Notes: a model not told the origin generated them from the letters alone. Shown: positions 1 to 9,791, counted from the stretch's first letter. The stretch is 64,000 bases of DNA from Parcubacteria group bacterium GW2011_GWA2_40_23 (GCA_000996245.1 LBYP01000003.1:9509-73508); one strand, 5' to 3'. Program-made: numbers and translations.

Positions 1-1053
1 CGTCACTTCACCATAACCGCCGCTTTCGCCAATGAAGGGCATCCAGGCTTCAATGTCGTATTTTTTGTAGGCAGGAGTTCCCAGATCCCCCTTGCACATC
101 AATAAAACACGATAAGGAAGCTTGAGAGCCTGATAGAATTCTTCTTCGATCGAAAGCAATTCTTCGTGAGCCGCGGCACTTTGATCCGGCCGCACAAACT
201 GATAAATCTCAACCTTGCTGAATTGATGAACACGGTAGAGCCCCTTGCTTTCGCGACCACTACTACCTGCTTCTGTTCTGAAGCAGTGACTCACACCAGA
301 AATACGAATCGGAAGGTTCTCTTCTGCAATTACCGTATTGGCCATGTAGCCACCGATAGTAATTTCAGAAGTACCAATCAAGCTTAGAGCACCTTCTGTC
401 AACGAGTAAATCTGACTTTCTGGTCCTCGTGGCGAAAAACCAGAAGCAGAAATAATCTCGTCGCGAGCTAGTTCCGGTGTTGTAACCGGAGTAAAGCCAT
501 ACTTCATTGCAAGATCAAGTGCGTAACGAATGAGGCCAAGCTCAAGAAGAACAGCCTCGTTCTTCAAGTAGTAGAACTTTGCTCCTGCAACTTTCGCTGC
601 TGCCACAAAGTCCAAAATGTCCAAGCGTCGGCCAAGCTCAACATGATCAAGCTTCTGAAAGTCGAACTGCCGCGGCGTTCCCACATGTTTAATGGGAAGA
701 TTGCTTGCTTCGTCTTTCCCTTGGGGAACATCTGAGGCTGCTAAATTGGGAATCCGAAGCATCTCCTCAAGATAGGCTTTTTCCAGGACTGCGAGTTCTT
801 CTTTGAAAACAGCCAGGTGCTGCTTAAGACTTGTCATTTCCAGACGAAGCTGCTCCCTAGTCTCATCACCAGCATTTTTAAACTGCCCTGCAATCTGATT
901 AGCTCGGTGTTGAGCCTCCTCGGCCGCCCTTCTTTTCTGCTTCATTTGCAGATAAAGGGAAACTGTTTTATCAACATCCGCCAAGGCATAACGCTCTTGT
1001 GTGTTCCTTCGCACTAGCTCCACGTTTTCAATGATGAACTGGATATCGAGCAT
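1..1053 (-). CDS. serS: seryl-tRNA synthetase, N-terminal ~350 aa; the 3' end runs off the window start
   Basis: The reverse-strand translation starts MLDIQFIIENVELVRRNTQERYAL... (classic SerRS N-terminal coiled coil). It is followed by the class II core (GTSEITIGGYM, YRVHQFSKVE). ATG is at 1051-1053. Confidence 0.85.
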   Translation of the reverse strand, partial: MLDIQFIIENVELVRRNTQERYALADVDKTVSLYLQMKQKRRAAEEAQHRANQIAGQFKNAGDETREQLRLEMTSLKQHLAVFKEELAVLEKAYLEEMLRIPNLAASDVPQGKDEASNLPIKHVGTPRQFDFQKLDHVELGRRLDILDFVAAAKVAGAKFYYLKNEAVLLELGLIRYALDLAMKYGFTPVTTPELARDEIISASGFSPRGPESQIYSLTEGALSLIGTSEITIGGYMANTVIAEENLPIRISGVSHCFRTEAGSSGRESKGLYRVHQFSKVEIYQFVRPDQSAAAHEELLSIEEEFYQALKLPYRVLLMCKGDLGTPAYKKYDIEAWMPFIGESGGYGEVT

Positions 1054-1230
1054 GGTGCCTCTCCTTTGCGCGCTGTGGCGTTTAGAAATAATCCCTTCTT
1101 TCACAATAATACATTAAACTTAATTGTTAATTTAGTCAAAAAGTTGAATTGACAAATAACCGCTTTAAAGTTAAATTATATTCAGAGGCTAAGAGTAGCA
1201 CACTGAAACTCCAAAAAAGGGGGGGTAAAC

Positions 1231-2421
1231 ATGTCAGCCGAGACGTTAATCGAGAATTCGCTAGTTGTGCATGCGTTCCTGGCAGAAAAAGGTTGGCGAT
1301 CACAGATCTGTACCAAATGTGGCTCAACCTTTTTCATTAAAACTTCTAACTCCACGAATTCAACTTTTTGTGGATGGCACAAGTGTAACAACGGAACCTA
1401 TCCTTTCCGCACACTATCGAAGAGAAAAAGTCTACTAACGATTCAGCAAATCAACACTCGAATGCGTGAGTATTTTCGTTCTGTGGGATTTATACCAATC
1501 CCACCGTTAAACATTGCAAACGCAGCCGGCCAAACAGACCTGGTCATTGCTGGGGTGCAAGTGTTTGATAATATCATCCACAACGAAGAACCAATTCGAG
1601 AAGATCCGTTCTTTATTTCTCAACCTTGTGTGCGGATGCAATTCCAGCCACAAGTAGAATCTCAAGAAGGGACATCCAGCTCTTTTGTAAATGTCTGCAC
1701 TGAGAAAATGGGGGCGGGGATTACCCAGCACCTGCAGACCATAGACCAGTGGTGTACGTTTCTGTCCCAAATGGGTCTTCACATGAATGACTTCGTTCTC
1801 GTGCTGCGGACGCGAACAAACGACTGGGGGACCGGCGCCTTTCAATCCCTTGAGCTTTTCTTCTCCTATGGCGGACTTGAACTCGGGGATGCAGCCTTTG
1901 TGCTGATTCCCCAAGCAAACCGAGACCCAATTCCCATTAGTGATATTGGCTTCGGACTCGAACGAATCGCCTGGGCGGTCAATAAGACCGCTTCGTATTT
2001 CGACCTATTAACGCCCTGGACATCAACAGAATCCAGGGAACTACATGACGCCTGTCGAACTCTTTCTCTCCTCGTCCTCTGCGGAGTACAAGCATCAAAC
2101 AAGGGGCCAGGACTCCAGTTCCGGCGCTTTGCTAAGTTACTCAGCGAGAAATACTATGGGGCTGAACTATATGCCCTAATCCAGTACTACTATAACTACT
2201 GGGCACAGTTCATTGAACCCCATGTCGATTGCGAACAAACATTGTTACGAGCACGTCTCGAGATAGAAAGGTTCATCAACCGGAGGCTCTGTGCAGAGTT
2301 AAAACTTCCCCGGCCCGACGAAGAAACAACCGAAGACTACCTTAATCGGTTGGTATATCTACACGGGGCAAACCTGCACGAGCTACGTAACACAGTACAA
2401 ACATGCAAAAGGCAAAGGTAA
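1231..2421 (+). CDS. AlaRS catalytic-domain-like class II aminoacyl ligase (396 aa) with an N-terminal CxxC...CxxxxC zinc ribbon; no AlaRS editing or C-terminal domains
   Basis: Motif-1-like QTDLVIAGVQVF (compare AlaRS DPTLLFTNAGMNQF). SQPCVRMQ (compare SQRCVRAGG). Motif 3 is PIPISDIGFGLERIAWAV (compare PKPSVDTGMGLERIAAVL). A strong SD (AAGGGGG) precedes the ATG. The 3' end overlaps the next gene by 19 nt. Confidence 0.55.
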   Translation: MSAETLIENSLVVHAFLAEKGWRSQICTKCGSTFFIKTSNSTNSTFCGWHKCNNGTYPFRTLSKRKSLLTIQQINTRMREYFRSVGFIPIPPLNIANAAGQTDLVIAGVQVFDNIIHNEEPIREDPFFISQPCVRMQFQPQVESQEGTSSSFVNVCTEKMGAGITQHLQTIDQWCTFLSQMGLHMNDFVLVLRTRTNDWGTGAFQSLELFFSYGGLELGDAAFVLIPQANRDPIPISDIGFGLERIAWAVNKTASYFDLLTPWTSTESRELHDACRTLSLLVLCGVQASNKGPGLQFRRFAKLLSEKYYGAELYALIQYYYNYWAQFIEPHVDCEQTLLRARLEIERFINRRLCAELKLPRPDEETTEDYLNRLVYLHGANLHELRNTVQTCKRQR

Positions 2422-3098
2422 ACAATCAGATCTATTTGTCGGGGGGAGGAAATGAACACCAATCATTCCCCCTCGACAACTTTTTTTTCAATGCCCTTCC
2501 TAAAAAAGGATTCTTTTTATATATACCCATAGCTCTGCGTGGCCACAAACTTTTTTCAACTGCACCCGCATGGATGAAGGGACTTATCACACTACACAAA
2601 CGAAGGGACTTAACTTTTAAAACTGTTATCAATCTTCAAAAATATAAATTTGAAAATCTAGTTAACATTAATGGAATATATATTGGGGGTGGTAACACTT
2701 GGCTTTTAATGCAAGAGCTTAAGGACTCTCGTTTTGCAGATGTCCTAAATCAATATTTAAAAACTGGCGTCCTTTTATATGGGGGTAGTGCTGGGGCAAT
2801 TGTTTTTGGTAAAAAAATTGATACCCAAAACGATAAAAATGTAGTTAGACTAAAAGACCAGAATGGCTTAAATCTGTTAAATAAATATTCTATTATTTGC
2901 CACTACACTAAAGTTCAGGATGATAACTGTAAAAAATGGACTAAAAAAAATAAACTGCCGCTTATTTGTCTGCCAGAAGAAACGGGCTTGATTATTGAAG
3001 CTGACCAAGCAAGGTGTGTCGGGACAAAACCTTGTATGCTTTATTCGGCAACAGGCAAACAAAAATTGATAAAACCAAACAAATCATTCAACTTATAA
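2403..3098 (+). CDS. peptidase S51 family (dipeptidase E / cyanophycinase-like)
   Basis: GGGN...YGGSAGAIVFG serine-nucleophile motif, ~230 aa, typical S51 architecture. Confidence 0.55.
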   Translation: MQKAKVNNQIYLSGGGNEHQSFPLDNFFFNALPKKGFFLYIPIALRGHKLFSTAPAWMKGLITLHKRRDLTFKTVINLQKYKFENLVNINGIYIGGGNTWLLMQELKDSRFADVLNQYLKTGVLLYGGSAGAIVFGKKIDTQNDKNVVRLKDQNGLNLLNKYSIICHYTKVQDDNCKKWTKKNKLPLICLPEETGLIIEADQARCVGTKPCMLYSATGKQKLIKPNKSFNL

Positions 3099-3139
3099 AA
3101 ACAACCCACCCCTTTGACGAGGTGGGCCGATTGATGTCC

Positions 3140-4399
3140 CTAATACAAGTTCAACTCTCCCTGCACAATCCTTTGCGTCGTTTCGTTGACGTGAAGAAGT
3201 TTGTCTTTGATGATCTCTGCGATCAACTGACGTTGAAGTGTGTTCGCCATGGAACCACAAACTTCAACACAGGCAGACCAGGGATCCGAAAGACTTCGAC
3301 CCATCTGTGAGGTGAGGTAGACATAGGTCTCGAGCCCTGTTTGGGTGAAGATCCCCTCAGAAATGAGAGCGCAAACTGCGGTGTAGATCTTGCCCACGTG
3401 GTAGACAGGATTCTTGCCGCAACAAGCTTCCATGCTCATGTGTCTCGTAAACGGGATCACTCCATTGTAGCGATTCCCGCGACCGACAACACCTTCGTCT
3501 CCGCTTTCGATCGCACTTCCAGTCAATGTCAAATAGTAATCCGATTTACCAGGATTGTCTCTGGTATTTAGAAAGACCTTTACTCCATACTGACTGAAGT
3601 TCCTCTGCACCAAGTTACGAATGAATTCCTCAAGAAATTCAAGTTTCTCGGCGTAGAACAACTTGTCCGGCGTATAGCACGCTACAAACGGAACACAAAC
3701 AGTTATCTCCAGGCGCCTTCTCATCCGCCTGGCCATAACCTTGATATCCGTCCCAACATAGGGATGGAGTTTTTTAAATTCCGGACTGTTAAGCGTGGTT
3801 TCCACGAGCAGCACGATCTTCTCGGTGTTGCTAAGTGGACTGTACGCAACCGCTGTCGAGGTATCGTTCGAGCGGAGATTGTTGTCATGGAAAACAGCAA
3901 ACTCCTTCTCGGGAATTTCGAAAAAGAACTGCCGTTCGTTCTGCGAGGTTCCATCAGCGTCGTATACTACGCCCGGCCCCGGAGCAAAGTGTGTGTTGTC
4001 CACGATCACGAACCAACGATCAAGATCCAGCAAAGGCAAAACTGTCCCAAGGTGCTGAAAGACTGTCTCCCGAACAATATCCAGGTAGGGGATGGTCTCT
4101 TTCTGGTAGCTGCGCGTGAATCGACAATTAAGGTACAGGCGCGTTGGCTTCTGCATCTCACCACCGCCGAACTGAACCTTCGTCGCCCCACCAGAGAGAG
4201 CAATTTTGTCGACCATGTGCCGCAAAATAATTCCATAATGCCTCAAGCAATATTGTGAATATGCCTGAGACACCTTTTCGGCAAGCGTATCGCAAAGAGT
4301 ATCCGGATGTCCGATACCCTTACGCTCGACAACCTCAAATGCCGTCTGGTCGATAGCCAGGGCTCCTGACGAATAAATCAACAAATTACGCTGGTTCAT
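3140..4399 (-). CDS. archaeal-type S-adenosylmethionine synthetase (methionine adenosyltransferase, PF01941-like)
   Basis: VERKGIGHPDTLCD, HPYVGTDIKVM, GDEGVVGRGNRYNG and SMEACCGKNPVYHVGKIY all match archaeal MAT signatures. Length is 419 aa. Confidence 0.85.
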   Translation of the reverse strand: MNQRNLLIYSSGALAIDQTAFEVVERKGIGHPDTLCDTLAEKVSQAYSQYCLRHYGIILRHMVDKIALSGGATKVQFGGGEMQKPTRLYLNCRFTRSYQKETIPYLDIVRETVFQHLGTVLPLLDLDRWFVIVDNTHFAPGPGVVYDADGTSQNERQFFFEIPEKEFAVFHDNNLRSNDTSTAVAYSPLSNTEKIVLLVETTLNSPEFKKLHPYVGTDIKVMARRMRRRLEITVCVPFVACYTPDKLFYAEKLEFLEEFIRNLVQRNFSQYGVKVFLNTRDNPGKSDYYLTLTGSAIESGDEGVVGRGNRYNGVIPFTRHMSMEACCGKNPVYHVGKIYTAVCALISEGIFTQTGLETYVYLTSQMGRSLSDPWSACVEVCGSMANTLQRQLIAEIIKDKLLHVNETTQRIVQGELNLY

Positions 4400-4514
4400 T
4401 TGCGTTCCCTCCTGGCAAGTCGGGGTAAAAGACCTGGGCGAACTGAGTTCAACGTACTATTTATCAAAATCATTGTCAATTGAGTTTTCTCAAAAAATGC
4501 TAAGCTATATTCAA

Positions 4515-4766
4515 GAATAACCGCCCCAGATCGAGGTGTCTCATGACCAAGAAGAGAAGTCGTCCGCTCGCAGGTTTCAAGGGTTCGATACTCGGCGGCA
4601 ACCACCCACTCGACGACCAGACACGCCAAGCCATCGCCGACGCCAGAAGGTTCCGCCCAATAACAGAGACACATTGCCCACGTATTAGACCTCGACCACA
4701 AATGGCTGGTCACGTCGCGGTAACGAAAACGCCCCGCAGATCAATTCTGTGGGGCGCTCTTTTTTT
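4515..4766 (+). other. GC-rich (~58%) unit ending in a strong intrinsic terminator. It is either a structured ncRNA or the remnant of a foreign high-GC gene (the 75-aa ORF 4543-4770 has GC3-rich codons in its first half and an SD GAGGTG).
   Basis: Terminator hairpin CGCCCCGCAGA-tcaat-TCTGTGGGGCG plus a T7 run at 4730-4766. Composition contrasts sharply with the flanking ~35% GC sequence. Confidence 0.3.
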
Positions 4767-4896
4767 ATGATTACTGAATTACAAATATCAGGAGGTTATG
4801 AATTATTAATTGCCGAGGCCCTTCTTCTAACACTGATTACTCGACAAGGCCACCTAATTGTTTTCTTGCTTTTTTGTTTTATTGATTATCGTTTAG

Positions 4897-6024
4897 CTAT
4901 TGTTTTATGGGCATCACAATATACGTATAACTATCATCACCCTTTGGTCGAACAAGAAAAGGAACATTACCATCAACAAGGCTCAGTTCAACTTCTTCGG
5001 CGGAAATATTATTTAGTCCGTCGAGTAAATATCTATAATTCAAAGTTGTTTCATTGTCTTCACCAGCAAAAGCAACCGCCATTTCTGATTTACTTTCACC
5101 GAGTTGTGAGTTGGTGGCCTCAATAATTAATCCCTTGGCTGAATTAAATTTTAAATTCACATCAAAAATCCCCAACTTTGAAAACAGGGCCACGGCCTTA
5201 ATCGACTTAACAAGTTCAGAGGTAGCAACAACAACTTGGGTGCGAGTCTCTGTCGGAATAATTTGTTTATAATCTGGAAATTGACCTTCAATTAGACGAG
5301 AGATGAGTTCAATGCCATCGCAAGAGAACAAAATCTGGTTATCAGAAACAAATATTTGCAAAGCATCAATTTGATTTTCTTGTTCCTTGACCAAACCAAG
5401 CACACGCAAAACTTCTTGTAATGATTTTACTGGAACAATCACGTCTCGTTCCTCTTTGTTGTCGCTAATGGCGAGTGCCTTCTCGGTTAAACGATAACTA
5501 TCTGTTCCTACAAGATGAACCATGCCAGGTTTAATTTTATTGAAAGACATTAAGACGCCGCTGATCTCTGGGCGGGATTCAGAGTTGGCCACAGCAAAAA
5601 CAACTTGTGCCAAAGCTTTTTTAAAATCCTTAATATTTATTTTGTAAGAAGATGTGCGTTCGATCTTAGGTATAACAGGGAAGTCATCTGAGACAATGCC
5701 CTTTATCTTAGTTTCAGAAGAACGACAAGCAACTTTTAAAAAATCGTCCTTGGCTAATTCGAGGTTTACTTGATCGTTTGGTAAAAGACTAATGTATTCA
5801 GAAAGAAGGCGAGCGTCCGCTGTGAAGGCACCTTCAACGTCAACCTTACAACGAACATGACAACTAATTCCAATTTCTAAATTAGTACTAGAAAGTTTTA
5901 CTCCACTGCTATTTGCTTCTAATAAAACATTGTTCAATATTGGGAGGTTAATGTTTTTGTTTACTAAATGTCCTGTTGCTTGTAGTCCAAAGTTTAAGTT
6001 TTCTTGAAGGCACGTAAATTTCAT
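4897..6024 (-). CDS. dnaN: DNA polymerase III beta sliding clamp
   Basis: 375 aa. N-terminus MKFTCLQENLNFGLQ..., three-domain length, located immediately downstream of dnaA. Confidence 0.9.
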   Translation of the reverse strand: MKFTCLQENLNFGLQATGHLVNKNINLPILNNVLLEANSSGVKLSSTNLEIGISCHVRCKVDVEGAFTADARLLSEYISLLPNDQVNLELAKDDFLKVACRSSETKIKGIVSDDFPVIPKIERTSSYKINIKDFKKALAQVVFAVANSESRPEISGVLMSFNKIKPGMVHLVGTDSYRLTEKALAISDNKEERDVIVPVKSLQEVLRVLGLVKEQENQIDALQIFVSDNQILFSCDGIELISRLIEGQFPDYKQIIPTETRTQVVVATSELVKSIKAVALFSKLGIFDVNLKFNSAKGLIIEATNSQLGESKSEMAVAFAGEDNETTLNYRYLLDGLNNISAEEVELSLVDGNVPFLVRPKGDDSYTYIVMPIKQ

Positions 6025-6291
6025 ACTTGTGTTTATTTAAATCTCTTATATATAAAACATAATAATAGTAATAATGCTGTGTATTACAGTGGACAAGTCT
6101 TTAGAAGATTTAATTTTAAAGAAATTTCCCTGTGTGTTCGTCTGTGTTTTGCTTGTGTGTGTTGTTGTGTGTAAGTCGTGCTTTTGATTGTTTTGAGACC
6201 CTCAAAATTTAATCAACAGTTGGAGTAAAAAGTTCTAAACATGTTTTTCCAGATAATTTATACGACTTGTAAACAGTTTATCCAGAGAAAA

Positions 6292-7677
6292 CTAGTGTGC
6301 GTAGACCTTTTGTTTAATTAAATTTATTTCTTGGCGCAGTTTTTCATCGTTTTCAACCAGTCCACTTATCTTTTCGTGTGCGTGCATGGCGGTGGTGTGG
6401 TCGCGTCCACCAAGTTCGTGTCCGATAGTTGGGTAAGAACAGCGCAATTCTTCTCTCAAAAGGTACATGATGACTTGTCTGGGGAAGGCAAAACGTTTTT
6501 CGCGACTCTTGCCCAACATGTCTTGCATGGCGGTATCATAAAACTCGCTAACGAGTTCAATTAATTGGCGGGCAGAAACAGCTCCGCTTTGTTTGCTGGC
6601 AGAAGAAATAGAGAAAAGAACTTTTTTTACATTCTCGAGGGTTGGGGGGATGTGGTTGAGTTGGTGATGAGCGATGATTTTATTGAGAGCGCCCTCAAGC
6701 TCACGAATATTGTTTTGAATGTTCAGTGTAATATATTGAATAATGTCACGTTCCAGTGGAAAGTTTTTTTCTTGGCATTTTGTTTCAAGAATAGCGATAC
6801 GGGTTTCAAGGTCTGGTTGAGAAATGTCTGCAATCATGCCCCATTCAAAGCGAGAAAGAAGGCGATCTTCTAGTGTGGCAATGGCTTTGGGTGGTCTGTC
6901 AGAAGTTAAAACAATTTGTTTGTCACTTTGGTGTAGTGCATTAAAGGTGTGGAAGAAAGTTTCTTGTGTGCCCTCTTTGCCAGCGAGGAATTGAATATCA
7001 TCAATTAGCAAAACATCCGGCGTGCGGTAGGTGGCATTAAACTTTTCTGTTCGGCCAGAAGATACTGCATTGATGAAGTCATTAGTAAATTGTTCACAAG
7101 TGACATAAAGGACTTTTTTCTGTGGTGAATGTCGTTGTATTTCATTTCCGATTGCTTGTATGATGTGAGTTTTACCCAAACCAACACCACCGTAAATAAA
7201 AAGCGGGTTATAAGTTAAACCCGGCTTTTCAGCCACAGCTCTGGCTGCGGCGTGGACTAGTTCATTGCCCTTGCCAACAACGAAAGAATCAAAACAATAC
7301 TTAGCATTTAAGCCAATCGCCTGTTCGCCAATAGCAGGGCGAGTTCTAACCTCTGCCTGGAATTGTTTGGCCTCGGCAATAATGGTCTTTTTGATTTGTT
7401 CTTGTTCTTGGCAGTAGTTCTTAACAGTTTGAACTTTATAAGTAATTTCTTTGATGCGTTCTTTAGACTTGCTTTGGATAATGCGGTAAATGTCGGTGTG
7501 ATATTTCTGTTTTAACCAGGCCTGAGAAAAGGTGTTGGGTACGCCGACAACAATTCTGCCGTCTTCATTTTCGATAATAAAAGTATTTTTGAGCCAAGTT
7601 GTGAAACTTGCCTTGCTTAGGGAGAGCTCAAGCTCCCCGAGGACTGCTTGCCAGAGTTGCTGATTAGCTTCTTCCAT
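6292..7677 (-). CDS. dnaA: chromosomal replication initiator DnaA
   Basis: 461 aa. Walker A GGVGLGKTHIIQAIGNE, AAA+ core, C-terminal DNA-binding domain (…TTAMHAHEKI…). Confidence 0.95.
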   Translation of the reverse strand: MEEANQQLWQAVLGELELSLSKASFTTWLKNTFIIENEDGRIVVGVPNTFSQAWLKQKYHTDIYRIIQSKSKERIKEITYKVQTVKNYCQEQEQIKKTIIAEAKQFQAEVRTRPAIGEQAIGLNAKYCFDSFVVGKGNELVHAAARAVAEKPGLTYNPLFIYGGVGLGKTHIIQAIGNEIQRHSPQKKVLYVTCEQFTNDFINAVSSGRTEKFNATYRTPDVLLIDDIQFLAGKEGTQETFFHTFNALHQSDKQIVLTSDRPPKAIATLEDRLLSRFEWGMIADISQPDLETRIAILETKCQEKNFPLERDIIQYITLNIQNNIRELEGALNKIIAHHQLNHIPPTLENVKKVLFSISSASKQSGAVSARQLIELVSEFYDTAMQDMLGKSREKRFAFPRQVIMYLLREELRCSYPTIGHELGGRDHTTAMHAHEKISGLVENDEKLRQEINLIKQKVYAH

Positions 7678-8098
7678 AGTTTTTTTTGTTTTGTTTTACG
7701 TTTAAAGCTTTTAGCTTCTAGCAAGTTAGCTTATAGGTGCTGAGCTATAAAAGGCTAAACACCTAACAGCTAGAAGCTATTTCCTAGAAGCTTTGTATTG
7801 TAGGTGTTTCTATTTTAGCACGAATGAGTATGTGGACAAGTTGTGATGATCTCTTAAAAACTGCGTAACCTGTTTATAACTTGTTGATAACTGTAAATTA
7901 TATTATCTGAGTTAGTGAAAATATGCAAGAAATAAATTTGGTAAAAGGGAAAAGGGGTATGGGCGAAGGGGAGCTCAAAAACAATTTGATCATAATTAAT
8001 TTTCCCTTATTCCTTACCCCACATCCCATAACCCCTTCTCATTGACAAATCCGCAAAAACAAGCTATTCTATGGTTACTTTACTATTAGACATTTTAT
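7678..8098. promoter_or_regulatory. candidate oriC / dnaA control region
   Basis: DnaA-box-like 9-mers TGTGGACAA (~7831) and TGTTGATAA (~7882). An AT-rich stretch. A long imperfect palindrome at ~7712-7790 (agcttctagc...gctagaagct). An inverted repeat at 7940-8040. A second box cluster lies in the dnaN-dnaA spacer (TTATCCAGA ~6278, AGTGGACAA ~6087). Confidence 0.5.
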
Positions 8099-8245
8099 AT
8101 GCCAAAAAGAACCTTCCAGCCGAACGTTGCTAAGAAACTTAAGAAACAAGGTTTCCGAGCTCGCATGGCTACTAGCGATGGACGAGAAATTATCAAAAGA
8201 CGACGCGCGAAGGGTCGCAAAAGACTAACTGCGTCAGATAAATAA
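8099..8245 (+). CDS. rpmH: 50S ribosomal protein L34
   Basis: Translates to [48 protein letters not shown] (48 aa). Missed by the ORF track because it is under 60 aa. Canonical dnaA-rpmH-rnpA order. Confidence 0.9.
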   Translation: MPKRTFQPNVAKKLKKQGFRARMATSDGREIIKRRRAKGRKRLTASDK

Positions 8246-8437
8246 ACGATGGCTTGTCCCAGAAGTTATGCGAAACGTGTGTAATTGAATGGCTTGCCAT
8301 AAAGTTACGCGATTAGCGTATACTTTATGGAAAATTTATTAAAAAGAAGCTACACTGTTAGTAGTTTCTTTTTTGTAAAGTAAAAATAAATTCTATTTAC
8401 TGGTGACTGGTTACAGGTTACTGGTTACCCACGAACT

Positions 8438-8794
8438 ATGCTACAAAAAATATATCGTATAACAAAGCAATTAGAATTTGACGCCTTCTTTGGCAATAAA
8501 TTCAAACAAGCCCGCGGCCGCAATTTTTCTACGGCTAATTTTATTTTTAAGAGTAAGCCAAATGGTTTAAAGAATTCACGTTTTGGTTTTGTTATTTCCA
8601 ACAAAATTGATAATCGCGCAGTCGTCAGAAATCGTCTGCGTCGTTATACCCGTGAGACAATTAGACTCAATTTAGACAAATTTAAACAAAATTTGGATTG
8701 TTTGATTGTCTTTAAAAAAGGTTCACAGACACTGGATCATGAAAAATTAGAAAAAGAAATTTTAGGCATTTTTAAAACAATTAGATTGTTATGA
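8438..8794 (+). CDS. rnpA: ribonuclease P protein component
   Basis: 118 aa, basic. The RNR motif region VVRNRLRRYTRE is present. Follows rpmH. Confidence 0.85.
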   Translation: MLQKIYRITKQLEFDAFFGNKFKQARGRNFSTANFIFKSKPNGLKNSRFGFVISNKIDNRAVVRNRLRRYTRETIRLNLDKFKQNLDCLIVFKKGSQTLDHEKLEKEILGIFKTIRLL

Positions 8795-9051
8795 AATTAA
8801 AAGTTTTTTTATATTATCCTCGATATATCGCGCTTAAGATGATTCGCTTTTATCAGCGAACTATTTCTTTTGATCACAGCCCCATGAAAGAGTTCTTTCC
8901 AGGTGGTTTTTGTCGTTACAATCCATCGTGTTCAGAATATACATATAAATCAATTGAAAAATACGGCTTAATTAAAGGTGGGTTTAAGGGGGCGTGGCGC
9001 ATTATGCGTTGTAATCCTTGGTCAAGGGGTGGCGATGATCCAGTAAAATAG
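8791..9051 (+). CDS. yidD: membrane protein insertion efficiency factor YidD
   Basis: 86 aa. The Cys motif region FCRYNPSCSEY...GGFKGAWRIMRCNPWSRGGDDPV is present. ATGA overlap with the rnpA stop. Confidence 0.85.
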   Translation: MKLKVFLYYPRYIALKMIRFYQRTISFDHSPMKEFFPGGFCRYNPSCSEYTYKSIEKYGLIKGGFKGAWRIMRCNPWSRGGDDPVK

Positions 9052-9192
9052 TTACGAATAGCCACAGAAAGTTGATGTTACGAATTACTGCTAAGACTCG
9101 ATTGCTAAACAGTAATTCGCAACCTCTAAATAATTGAGTTATTTGTAATATAAAAACACGCCGCACTCGACGAGGAGTACGGCGGTGGCTGG

Positions 9193-9570
9193 CTACTTGG
9201 GAGCAGCTGGAACCTTTGTTTGGGCGTTGAACCTTCGGACTTCCTCTTGGCGAAGCCGGTGCCAGGTCAGGTGCTCCATCACGAGCAGCCAGACGATGGC
9301 GATGAAGTAGACGATTGGCCCGAGGGCAATGGTGATCTTCATCAGGGCTTCTGCCAAGAAGTAGATTGTCGCGGCGAAGATGATCGCACACAGGAAGCTA
9401 ATGCCGGTGCGAGGTGCGAGGCGAATGTCCTTGTCCCAGCTCTTCAGCAGGAGGCTGGTGGTCTGTGCGGTTGTGAAGGAGAGGAACAGGAGGGTGAAGA
9501 GGAACACGAGGTGTCCGTTGCCGGGGCCAGTCCCCAGTTGCGTGGATAGGGAACCAAATAGCTCATACAT
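9193..9570 (-). CDS. hypothetical multi-pass membrane protein encoded in a high-GC island
   Basis: 125 aa, 3-4 hydrophobic segments, GC3-rich codons (~58% GC) in a ~35% GC genome. Confidence 0.45.
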   Translation of the reverse strand: MYELFGSLSTQLGTGPGNGHLVFLFTLLFLSFTTAQTTSLLLKSWDKDIRLAPRTGISFLCAIIFAATIYFLAEALMKITIALGPIVYFIAIVWLLVMEHLTWHRLRQEEVRRFNAQTKVPAAPK

Positions 9571-9791
9571 GGGATTCCTCTATGTTGATAACGTTTGTAT
9601 TGGTACTCCCCACAAGTGAATATAGCACAGGGAAACATCTTTGTCAACTAAAAAGAGAGAAGGGTATAATAAAGCAAAAGAGAAATAAAACAGTAAATTT
9701 AAATAAAATGTTTATGTTTATAGGGACAGGTCGCGACCTGTCCCCGTGCAAAAAAAATAGCGCCGGTAGAAATGTTCCTACCAGCGCATTG

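Noticed and set aside
1136-1391. Small ORFs 1136-1327 (-), 1149-1340 (+), 1182-1391 (-) in the serS / AlaRS-like spacer
   Set aside because: They overlap the promoter/RBS region and the start of the 1231-2421 gene and have no independent support.
3341-4258. Plus-strand ORFs (3341-3571, 3764-4258, 3795-4058, 3835-4119) inside the MAT gene
   Set aside because: They are antisense to a strongly supported archaeal-type MAT gene. The moderately GC-rich coding sequence generates spurious antisense frames.
4396-4770. ORFs 4396-4713 (-) and 4543-4770 (+) as real proteins
   Set aside because: The plus ORF reads through a strong terminator hairpin and its codon bias collapses halfway. The minus ORF has no start context. 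The region is better described as an ncRNA or a foreign gene fragment (kept as a low-confidence feature).
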